This document shows, piece after piece, positions 26,228 to 33,586 of a stretch of 36,618 bases of DNA. Position 1 is the stretch's first letter. Each line of letters begins with the position of its first letter. The notes under the pieces are model-generated. The model saw only the letters and a list, made by a program, of their open reading frames with translations, did no database searches and was not told the DNA's origin. The DNA is taken from positions 1-36,618 of IMG/VR virus record IMGVR_UViG_3300033741_000186. One strand, 5' to 3'. The translations under genes were made by a program, and so were the position numbers. The DNA is from a virus (taxonomy: Duplodnaviria; Caudoviricetes).

Positions 26228-26763
26228 TTTTCCTGCTCCTCGTCTAGTTTCTTTTCGGCCCACTCGGGATTGAGGTACGCCTCCACGAGCAGGTCAGCCC
26301 ATGAACGATCCCCTATCTCCCATGCGGATAGCTTGCGAGCCGCAGCCATGCCGCGCTCGTGATCGTGAGGTGCCACCTGCTCGGCCTTGACGGTGCGCGG
26401 CCGCTTGACCGCTAGCACCTGCTCGACGGATGCCGAGCGGGCAACCTGCCAAACAATCGACGGGCTACCGCCGAGAGTGTCGCGCTTGACCGTCTGGCCA
26501 TCGTCGTCGCGCAGCTCGGAAACAAACCCGGCCAGCACTAGCTCGTGCCGTCTCGTGCGTACCCCGCTGGGGCTCGTGCTCGTAATGCGACCGGCCGAGA
26601 TAAGCAGCTCCTCATCGGTCATGGGGCGGCCGCTCAGGGCCTCATAAATGCGGGCGCGCAGGGCGGCCGTTTTCGTGGGCGTCTGTCGCGCTGCGGCCTC
26701 CCAGCTCGTCTCGGGATCGCGGGCTCTAACCTTGCCCCGGTATTCGGTGGAGTCGTGCGTCAT
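26224..26763 (-). CDS. Winged-HTH DNA-binding protein
   Basis: RARDPETSWEAA...PMTDEEL...SPSGVRTRRHELV..GFV. Confidence 0.75.
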   Translation of the reverse strand: MTHDSTEYRGKVRARDPETSWEAAARQTPTKTAALRARIYEALSGRPMTDEELLISAGRITSTSPSGVRTRRHELVLAGFVSELRDDDGQTVKRDTLGGSPSIVWQVARSASVEQVLAVKRPRTVKAEQVAPHDHERGMAAARKLSAWEIGDRSWADLLVEAYLNPEWAEKKLDEEQEN

Positions 26764-26786
26764 GTTGTCCTCTTTCGTGGGATCTA

Positions 26787-26825
26787 TGTAGTGACCCTAC
26801 ACGCCAAGGCGGTAAGGCTGCAAAC
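26787..26825 (-). promoter_or_regulatory. Leftward early promoter with operator
   Basis: On the minus strand TTGCAG-18 nt-TAGGGT; TGTAG-GGTCA-CTACA; SD GAAAGAGG. Confidence 0.75.
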
Positions 26826-27121
26826 TATTTACGCTTATCGGCGCGCCGCATCGCCCGATTCTGATACCCCGGGCGCAGGCTCGCCAGCTCGGCCCGCTTA
26901 GCTTGAGGGTTGACGGCCTCAACAATTAGACCGTCTTTTATCATCTGCTCAAGCTTGGCGATCTCGGCCGGATCTCCACCCTGACGCACAAGCGCAAGCA
27001 CGCCCGGCGACGCAATAACGGGGTTACTCCAGAGCGGCCCCTCTTTCAGCTTTTGCTCGTCTGGCGGCATATCCATATGGCTCGAAACTAGGGTTAGCAG
27101 GGCGTCAGATTGCACGCTCAT
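26825..27121 (-). CDS. Hypothetical protein
   Basis: ATGA-coupled; C-terminal NRAMRR. Confidence 0.7.
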   Translation of the reverse strand: MSVQSDALLTLVSSHMDMPPDEQKLKEGPLWSNPVIASPGVLALVRQGGDPAEIAKLEQMIKDGLIVEAVNPQAKRAELASLRPGYQNRAMRRADKRK

Positions 27122-27204
27122 CTTGTGGCCTCATTCTGTGTTGTCGGCTTGGGGATCGTGGGCAGGTGGAAAGCCTGCTCTGTGAGGTCGTCGCGCTCGC
27201 TCAT
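27118..27204 (-). CDS. 28-aa microprotein (absent from the ORF track)
   Basis: MSERDDLTEQAFHLPTIPKPTTQNEATR; ATGA overlaps at both ends. Confidence 0.6.
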   Translation of the reverse strand: MSERDDLTEQAFHLPTIPKPTTQNEATR

Positions 27205-27395
27205 TGGACAAGCCCCCGGCCGGAAACCCAGCCGCGCAGGAAACTTTGCTCATCCCGCCACGTCATCGCAAAGCCCCGGAACGCGACCATATCGGCCCAG
27301 ATTTTGAGATCTCGCAGATACATAACTCGCAGCCGCTCGGGCAGCTCGTCAACGGTCAGCGTCTCGGGCAGCTCGGGAGTCGTTGACGCGCTCAT
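27201..27395 (-). CDS. Hypothetical protein
   Basis: ATGA overlaps on both ends. Confidence 0.65.
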   Translation of the reverse strand: MSASTTPELPETLTVDELPERLRVMYLRDLKIWADMVAFRGFAMTWRDEQSFLRGWVSGRGLVQ

Positions 27396-27775
27396 GCGGC
27401 AGCCCCCTCGCCCGGGTAGACGTATTCAATGGCGGTGCGCAGGCGTCGCTGTACCTCGGCCAGCAGTAGCCCCTGAGTGAGTTGTCCCCAGCCGACGAGC
27501 GCCGGGACTACAGCCTCAAACTCGGCAATATCAACGTGCCGGGGGATCGCGCCGTGCTCGGAATCCTTGACGTGCTCGGCCATGAAATCAGCGGATAGCT
27601 CAAAGTCCACGAGTAGATCTCGCATCAAGTCAGCCGCGCGCTCGGGCACGTCGATGAGGCGCTGGGGGCTTTCGTATCGCCAAACAATTCCCACGGTTAC
27701 GCCGAGGCGCTTGGCGATAAATAGGGCGCTGACGCCGAGCGATTCTCGGGCCGTCTTGAACTCTGCCGGGGTCAT
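27392..27775 (-). CDS. Aca2/YdiL (DUF1870)-like HTH transcriptional regulator
   Basis: MTPAEFKTARESLGVS...IAKRLGV....VWRYES....DVP.....LMRDL and C-terminal P..VGW..LTQ resemble Aca2 along the full length (from memory); 127 aa. Confidence 0.65.
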   Translation of the reverse strand: MTPAEFKTARESLGVSALFIAKRLGVTVGIVWRYESPQRLIDVPERAADLMRDLLVDFELSADFMAEHVKDSEHGAIPRHVDIAEFEAVVPALVGWGQLTQGLLLAEVQRRLRTAIEYVYPGEGAAA

Positions 27776-27813
27776 TGCAGCACGATCTCGTTGCGTGCGG
27801 TTGTCGTTTTCAT
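27772..27813 (-). CDS. 13-aa leader ORF coupled to the HTH gene
   Basis: SD GAGAGG-ACAAC-ATG; MKTTTARNEIVLQ; its TGA overlaps the HTH ATG. Confidence 0.6.
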   Translation of the reverse strand: MKTTTARNEIVLQ

Positions 27814-27841
27814 GTTGTCCTCTCGTTTGTGGCGGTTGCCA

Positions 27842-27903
27842 TGTAGACACCGTACACGAGATTTAGTTTGCGTGTAAACCGTTCTAGGTGTACGGTTACT
27901 ACA
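27842..27903. promoter_or_regulatory. Overlapping divergent promoters, each with an operator
   Basis: Plus strand TTGCGT-17-TACGGT with TGTA-N7-TACA at 27889-27903; minus strand TTTACA-18-TACGGT with TGTA-N7-TACA at 27842-27856. Confidence 0.8.
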
Positions 27904-27934
27904 TACCCACTAACCGCCACTCGAAAGGCACACA

Positions 27935-28543
27935 ATGTCAACCAAGCACAGCGCGATCCTCCCAGATGGAACCGTAGCCACCCGCAAGAGCGAGAACAAC
28001 GTTTACCCGTTTCTCGTCGCAGTAGGCCCCGCCCCCAAGGCCGAGGTCATCGCCGGGCTGCACGCTGACATTGATTACCAGAGCAAGCTCGCCGCCCGCT
28101 ACACAGTCGCAGCCGATTACGCCGAGGCTGGCCGCTCCATGAAATTGCGGGCCGCCCGCTACACCCCCAAGGCCGACGAGGGCAGCTGGATCGCCACCGA
28201 GGCCGAGGCTCGCGCCGAGCTGGGGCAAGACGTAGAGCTGGGCCGCCAGTACACCTACACGGGTCAGATAACCGTCTCGGATATTGTCGTGGATGGCACC
28301 GAGGCAAGCGCCCGGGCCGCCATCGTGACGACGTACCGAGGATATGCCGCTGGCTGCGTTGAGCGCGTCGCCAACCGCAAGCAGGCCATCGCTGACGCTG
28401 AGGCTGGCCCGGATCTCGTGGGCTCGTGGAGAGTATCGGGATGGCAGAGCCGGTCAGATCTCGCGGCCAAGCAGCGGGACAAGATGCGCCGCTCATTCCC
28501 GGCCCGCGAGGTTGTCGTTATCACGGCCACAATCGCCAAGTAG
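27935..28543 (+). CDS. Hypothetical early protein
   Basis: SD GAAAGG; has its own promoter and downstream hairpin. Confidence 0.8.
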   Translation: MSTKHSAILPDGTVATRKSENNVYPFLVAVGPAPKAEVIAGLHADIDYQSKLAARYTVAADYAEAGRSMKLRAARYTPKADEGSWIATEAEARAELGQDVELGRQYTYTGQITVSDIVVDGTEASARAAIVTTYRGYAAGCVERVANRKQAIADAEAGPDLVGSWRVSGWQSRSDLAAKQRDKMRRSFPAREVVVITATIAK

Positions 28544-28551
28544 TCCCACCC

Positions 28552-28573
28552 GGGGCCGCCAACTGGCGGCCCC
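28552..28573 (+). terminator. Perfect hairpin
   Basis: GGGGCCGCC-AACT-GGCGGCCCC. Confidence 0.65.
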
Positions 28574-28582
28574 ACTCAGCCC

Positions 28583-28621
28583 GGTTTGCGCCTAAACCGT
28601 TTAGGGTATACGCTTAGTACA
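28583..28621 (+). promoter_or_regulatory. Early promoter with operator
   Basis: TTGCGC-17-TACGCT; TATAC-GCTTA-GTACA. Confidence 0.75.
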
Positions 28622-28644
28622 CACCGCCACCGAAAGGGCACCCC

Positions 28645-28806
28645 ATGCTATTCCACCGGATCATTGAAACCACGAGCTGCCCCACTTGCGACGCCGCAAA
28701 AGGCCAGCCCTGCCGCAAGCTGACCCTGAGCGGGCAGCAACGCCCGGCTAGCTACAATCACCCGGCCCGCACGGCAGCTTTCCGCAAGGCCGAGGCCACC
28801 GCATGA
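28645..28806 (+). CDS. 53-aa Zn-finger protein (absent from the ORF track)
   Basis: SD GAAAGGG; CPTCDAAKGQPCR...HPAR. Confidence 0.75.
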   Translation: MLFHRIIETTSCPTCDAAKGQPCRKLTLSGQQRPASYNHPARTAAFRKAEATA

Positions 28807-28988
28807 GCGAGTCGCGCAAGCTGCGCCTGCTCGGCCTCGTGCTGGCCGTTGAGGGCCTGCTGGGCTCTGGCCTCGTGCTGGCAGGCTGGGAGGTTGCTGG
28901 CGGGCTAGCATTCCCGTTGTCGGCGGCTGGCGGCATCGTTCTCATCGTGGCCAACCGGCCCCGGAAACGACGCAGGCCCCGAGCCTAA
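28803..28988 (+). CDS. Small two-TM membrane protein
   Basis: ATGA overlap; hydrophobic core and Arg-rich tail. Confidence 0.7.
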   Translation: MSESRKLRLLGLVLAVEGLLGSGLVLAGWEVAGGLAFPLSAAGGIVLIVANRPRKRRRPRA

Positions 28989-29079
28989 GCCCGGGGCCAT
29001 TGCCCGAAAGGGTAGCGGCAGAGAAACCGCAACACACAACTAAAGTAAACCACACAACCGAAAGAAAAGAGAAACCGGA

Positions 29080-30144
29080 ATGACAACCAAGACGCTAGAG
29101 GATGGCGGGCTCATCGTTTACTCAGATGGCAGCGACCGCGAGCAGTGGCTAGGGGCTAGACGTGGCAAGTACACAGCCACGACCGTCACGGCCATCGCAG
29201 GCAGTAACCCGTATACCAAACTGATCGACGTATGGAACGACTTTACAGATCCCGAATACGACCCCGAGGCGCTGCGAAACCGCTGGCTAGAGGAGCGGGC
29301 AGCGTTTGGTCAAGAGCGCGAGCCCGAGATTATCAAGTGGGCCAGCGAGGCCACCATCACGGGCGGCCCCGGTAACCCGTTTATTCCCAGCAGCGCCCTC
29401 GTCGGCCTGCCCGAGCTGGAGGAGTTTGGCGGCGTTTGCACCCCTGACGGTTACAAGTTTGCCCGCGAGGATGGCCTAGTGCTGATCGAGGCCAAGGCGT
29501 CCCAGCAGAACTGGAAAGAGGACGGCCTGCCACAACATATTTACGATCAGGTGCAGTGGCAGATTTACACCACTGGGGCCGTCACGGTTTGGATCGCGCA
29601 GGATCTCGTCAAGTGGGTTGGCAGGGGTGCGAACAAACAGGCCACAGTTGACGAGTCTTATCGTTACCTGCTGCCGGTGCGCCGCGATCAGGCCCGCCTT
29701 GATTTCCTGCTGCGCAAGGTCGATTGGTTCAAGGGCCTACTGGCTGCGGGCATCGCGCCCGAGTCTGACGTTGACCTGCGGGAGCTGGCCGAGCCTGATT
29801 TTGACTCAACCGTGGAGGACATTGCGGCATGGGAAGAGGCCGTCAAGGTTGACGAGTTACTTACCGAGCTGGCCGAGATCCGTGCCCGCATGGCGGTTGA
29901 CGCAAAGCGCGACGAGGCAATCGTGGCCGAGGTCAAGAGTGTTATCAAGGAATACGAGGGCCGCAGAATTTGGCTCATAGGCACGCGGTTTATTGCTAAA
30001 CTTGCGCGAGGCACGAGGACGACGCTGGCAACGAAAGACTTGCCCGCTGAAACCTTGCGCAGCATTACAGGCTGGGCCGATTCTGAAACGGTCAAGTTTG
30101 AGATCAACCCCGAATATGTAGCAACCAAAACAGAGAGCGAGTAA
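29080..30144 (+). CDS. YqaJ/RecE-like (lambda exo-type) exonuclease
   Basis: REQWL..RR...TAT, TPDG, LIEAK, Y.QVQWQ motifs. Confidence 0.9.
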   Translation: MTTKTLEDGGLIVYSDGSDREQWLGARRGKYTATTVTAIAGSNPYTKLIDVWNDFTDPEYDPEALRNRWLEERAAFGQEREPEIIKWASEATITGGPGNPFIPSSALVGLPELEEFGGVCTPDGYKFAREDGLVLIEAKASQQNWKEDGLPQHIYDQVQWQIYTTGAVTVWIAQDLVKWVGRGANKQATVDESYRYLLPVRRDQARLDFLLRKVDWFKGLLAAGIAPESDVDLRELAEPDFDSTVEDIAAWEEAVKVDELLTELAEIRARMAVDAKRDEAIVAEVKSVIKEYEGRRIWLIGTRFIAKLARGTRTTLATKDLPAETLRSITGWADSETVKFEINPEYVATKTESE

Positions 30145-30148
30145 CACA

Positions 30149-31540
30149 ATGACTAACTCAACCGAGGTCGTCGCCTACGCGGCCGAGCCGCTGGCCACCC
30201 GCATCCAGTACGCCGAGACGCTGGCCCGCGCCAGCCTCATCCCCAAGGCGCTATGGACGGGCAACTATAACGACGATCAGGGCCGCCTCGTGCCATCCCG
30301 CCCGAGCGTCGGCAACGTCCTGCTCGTCATGGAGCACGGCGCAATGCTCGGCCTGCACCCTATGGCCGCGATCAACGGCATTTTTATCATCGAGGGCAAG
30401 GCATCCATGAGTTCTAACCTCATGGCGGCCGTCGTGCGCGGCGAGGGTTTCGTGCTGCGCGTCGTCACAGATGGCGAGTGGGGCGAGGCATTCAAGGCCG
30501 TTGCGACACTCGTGCGCCCTGACGACAAAGAGTTTACTTACCGAGTCGAGTGGACGATGGCACGAGCAAAGCGTGCCGACCTGCTCGGCAAAGACAACTG
30601 GAAAAAGTACCCCGAGGCGATGGCTAAGGCTCGGGCGATCTCTGAGGTTATCCGCGAGGGTGCCAGCGATGCGCTCAACGGCATCGGCTACACGCCCGAG
30701 GAGCTGGGCGCTAATGTCACAGAATCGGGCGACGTAATCGAGGGCGAGTTTGACGACGAGCCCGCAGCCCCGAGCGCTACGCCACCGGCCGCCAAGCGGG
30801 CCACTAACGGCCGACAGGGCACTAAGCGGGCAAAGGCTGCGCCGGTCGAGCCCGAGGCCGTCACAGAGCCGCCAGCGGCTGAGCCTGACTCGAATATCGT
30901 AGATGCCGAGGTGATTGAGGACGATAAGCCCGCAACGGTTGACCCTGACTCAATCGACCGCGCCGACGAGGATGCCGTGCGCGCCTATAACGAGACGCAT
31001 GGCAAGGCCAGCGGGCACCTAATCACGAGCGACGCCGAGCGGGCCAAGCAGGCCGAGCGGATCGCTGGGGACGCCAGCGCCAAAGAGGCCACAGCCAAGC
31101 TCGTAGAGCAGGCCCGGGCAGACGGTGCCGCAACCCGAGCTAAGCGCGCAGCAGATGAGGCCGCAGCTCAGGCCGACGAGGATGCCGCAAAGGCTGACGC
31201 CAAAACGGGCGAGATCCCCGAGGACGATGGCGCTGCCGCTGCCGAGGAGATCAAGGCCAAGCGTGCAGCTCGTGGCGCGCCCACCGCTAAGGCACCGAGC
31301 GACGAGCCCGAGCCGTGGGCAACTCAGGCCGACGAGCCCGAGGAGACGCCAGCGATCAACGCCTACGAGGTAATGGTGGCAGCCGAGCCCGAGGCGTGGG
31401 CAAAGCACCTAGAGGCCGCTACTGACGTAGCGCAAGTCAAGGCTGTTTGGGACGGTGCCAGCAGTAACGGCGCGATGACGGCCGAGCTGCGCATGGCGGT
31501 CGTCAAGCGCAAAGATGAGATCACGAAAGCAACGGCGTAA
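30149..31540 (+). CDS. RecT-like ssDNA annealing protein with a long low-complexity C-terminus
   Basis: G..LGL.PM.A..GI.IIEGK, W.KYPEAM..ARA, G.GYTPEELG; paired with the exonuclease. Confidence 0.8.
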   Translation: MTNSTEVVAYAAEPLATRIQYAETLARASLIPKALWTGNYNDDQGRLVPSRPSVGNVLLVMEHGAMLGLHPMAAINGIFIIEGKASMSSNLMAAVVRGEGFVLRVVTDGEWGEAFKAVATLVRPDDKEFTYRVEWTMARAKRADLLGKDNWKKYPEAMAKARAISEVIREGASDALNGIGYTPEELGANVTESGDVIEGEFDDEPAAPSATPPAAKRATNGRQGTKRAKAAPVEPEAVTEPPAAEPDSNIVDAEVIEDDKPATVDPDSIDRADEDAVRAYNETHGKASGHLITSDAERAKQAERIAGDASAKEATAKLVEQARADGAATRAKRAADEAAAQADEDAAKADAKTGEIPEDDGAAAAEEIKAKRAARGAPTAKAPSDEPEPWATQADEPEETPAINAYEVMVAAEPEAWAKHLEAATDVAQVKAVWDGASSNGAMTAELRMAVVKRKDEITKATA

Positions 31541-31543
31541 CCA

Positions 31544-31993
31544 ATGTCAGCAGTTGAGCGGCCCGGCGATTTTGCCGGGCCGCCCCTGCCCCAAATGGGC
31601 TCGTTTGCGACTAGCGAGGTGCTGCCGCTCATCGCTCAGGCAGCTCGCCAGTTGAACGACGCCCGCGAGGCTCGCAAGCGGCTTAGGGATCTCGCGGCTG
31701 AGGCCAAGGCTCACGCCAAACGCACCCGGGCTAATCTCATTGTTACCTTGCGAGTGTGGGGCAACGATTCCACCGGCGCGGCTATCAAAACGAGTGCCGA
31801 GCGCCAAGAGTGGGCCGACGCAGATGCCGACGTGCAGCAGGCCGAGCTGGATGCTGACTTAGCGCAGACTGCGGCGATCAACGCGGGCGACGCCCTCAAG
31901 CACGCAGAGGATTATTTTAGCTCTCTCTCGGGCATGTTGGCCATCGAGCGCGACGAGCTGAAAGCCCAGCGCGGGGCCCCGCATGACAACTGA
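31544..31993 (+). CDS. Hypothetical coiled-coil protein
   Basis: Helical and Ala-rich; tight spacing to neighbours. Confidence 0.7.
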   Translation: MSAVERPGDFAGPPLPQMGSFATSEVLPLIAQAARQLNDAREARKRLRDLAAEAKAHAKRTRANLIVTLRVWGNDSTGAAIKTSAERQEWADADADVQQAELDADLAQTAAINAGDALKHAEDYFSSLSGMLAIERDELKAQRGAPHDN

Positions 31994-32010
31994 GCGCGAC
32001 GCTCTGGCTA

Positions 32011-32343
32011 ATGTCTGCTAAGCCAATACCGGCCCGGGTGCGCGCAATAGTGCTAGCCCGGGCCGGTGGCGTTTGCGAGGTTTGCGGGCGCGAGGCTCGG
32101 CTGGAGTTGCATCACCGTAAATACAGATCTCGGGGCGGGGCTCACTCGGCCTCTAACCTCGTTGCGTTGTGCGGCTGGGGCAATCACACAGGTTGCCACG
32201 GCTGGGCTCACACCGAGGCGCTGGCGGTCGATTGGGGCGTATCCCTGCACTCGTGGGACGACCACGAAACAGCGCGGCTCTGGAGTCCACGGCTCGGCGC
32301 TTGGATCGTGCTAGATGACAATGGCGGGCACTGCCCCGCATAG
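32011..32343 (+). CDS. HNH endonuclease
   Basis: CEVCG...HHRKYRSRGG....NLVALC....TGCHGW.H. Confidence 0.9.
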   Translation: MSAKPIPARVRAIVLARAGGVCEVCGREARLELHHRKYRSRGGAHSASNLVALCGWGNHTGCHGWAHTEALAVDWGVSLHSWDDHETARLWSPRLGAWIVLDDNGGHCPA

Positions 32344-32442
32344 TATGAAAAGGCCCCGAGGAGCTTGGACACTCAACCCGGGGCCAGACAGTTTAGAACA
32401 CAACCCCATCATATAGCGATGGCCTGACATTTTGGACACTAC

Positions 32443-32754
32443 ATGAGCAACAAAGCAATAACTTGGGCGTTCGATCAAGAGCTGCCGACGATAGACAAAT
32501 TTGTTCTCGTCGTGCTGGCTGACTACGCCGACGAGGCTAACTCGTGCTTTCCCGGGCAGCAAAAGATCGCAGCCAATACCGGCGCGAGTGTTAGCACCGT
32601 CAGGCGGGCTCTGGGCAGGCTTGAGAGGCACAAACTCATCGCCCGCGACCGCAGACAACGGCGCGACGGATCTCGCACGTCTGACCGCTACACGCTCCAG
32701 TTAGAGCCTGTGGATAACCCTGTGGGAAATCCAAGCGGTCAAATTGACCTGTAG
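32443..32754 (+). CDS. Short wHTH replication initiator (HTH_36-like N-terminal domain only)
   Basis: AITWAF...KFVLVVLADYADE..SCFPGQ..IA..TG.SVSTVRRAL..LE...LI.R. Confidence 0.8.
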   Translation: MSNKAITWAFDQELPTIDKFVLVVLADYADEANSCFPGQQKIAANTGASVSTVRRALGRLERHKLIARDRRQRRDGSRTSDRYTLQLEPVDNPVGNPSGQIDL

Positions 32755-32885
32755 GCAATCTGACCGGGCCTAGCGGTCACCCGTGAACAGGCATTAACCC
32801 CCAGTCTTAACCCCCAGCTATATCCAGCTTGTGCATAACAGGTCACCGTTGCGCGGGAGGCTCAGGCATTGCGCCGGTCAATCGC
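32709..32885. other. Putative replication origin
   Basis: DnaA-type boxes TGTGGATAA (32709) and TGTGCATAA (32830); palindrome GGTCAAATTGACC plus related GGTCA repeats; TTAACCCCCAG twice. Confidence 0.65.
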
Positions 32886-32906
32886 TACGCGATCACCCGC
32901 CCTAGA

Positions 32907-32935
32907 TTGACTCTCAACGAATAAGGCACTAAGTT
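32907..32935 (+). promoter_or_regulatory. Sigma-A promoter without the operator
   Basis: TTGACT-17-TAAGTT. Confidence 0.65.
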
Positions 32936-32980
32936 CTCAGTAAGTCAGTAAACCAGCCCACGAAAGGGGCGCACAAGATC

Positions 32981-33586
32981 ATGGCTAGAGTCCATAAAGT
33001 TGAAAAATCCGCTAAGAGTCATCAATGCGGCAGAGGCCACGAGATCCCCAAGGGCGAGCCGTATCTCTGGGCAAAGCCCGGGTTTCGCACGCGCACGCCG
33101 TCAATCCGCTGCGTCAGGCATCCGTTCAGGGCGTCCGAGCTGACGACCTCGCTGCGCTCTGGGCCGCTAGCAGCTCAAGAGGCTTTTGACGACGCCCTAA
33201 GCGAGATTGACCAGACTGCCGCCGAGGCGCTGGACGAGCTGACCTCGGCTCTGGAGGAGTTTCAGAACGAGGTGCGCGACTATGCCGACCAGCGCCGCGA
33301 GAGTGCTGACGCTTGGGAATACGGCAACGAGCAACTGGAGGAGCTGGCTGACTTGGCCGAGCAGGCCGCCGACGAGCTTGAGGGTTTCGAGGTCGAGGAG
33401 TGGGATGGCGACGAGGATGCCCGCGTGACTGACCCCGGCGACGAGCCAGACGACACCGAGAGCACTGAGTACACAGAATGGGAGGATGCCAGCGAGGCCC
33501 ACGAGGAGGCCGTGCAGAGCTGGGCCGACCATGTTGAGGAGCAATTCAACGAGGCCAGCGAGATCTCGGCCGGGCTGGAGTTCTAG
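32981..33586 (+). CDS. Protein with a basic Zn-binding N-terminus and a very acidic helical C-terminus
   Basis: C...H.IPKGEPY.W...C..H followed by a D/E-rich region. Confidence 0.8.
   Translation: MARVHKVEKSAKSHQCGRGHEIPKGEPYLWAKPGFRTRTPSIRCVRHPFRASELTTSLRSGPLAAQEAFDDALSEIDQTAAEALDELTSALEEFQNEVRDYADQRRESADAWEYGNEQLEELADLAEQAADELEGFEVEEWDGDEDARVTDPGDEPDDTESTEYTEWEDASEAHEEAVQSWADHVEEQFNEASEISAGLEF

Noticed and set aside
26787-26801. Operator as a host LexA or CRP/GlxR site
   Set aside because: It matches neither the actinobacterial SOS box (TCGAAC-N4-GTTCGA) nor TGTGA-N6-TCACA
27776-27850. N-terminal extension of the HTH gene from GTG 27850
   Set aside because: That GTG lies inside the -10/operator; the SD points to the 13-aa leader and HTH similarity begins at MTPAE
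32724-32730. In-phase slippery heptamer G GGA AAT in the initiator gene
   Set aside because: The -1 frame hits TGA within about 6 codons, so a frameshift would not extend the protein
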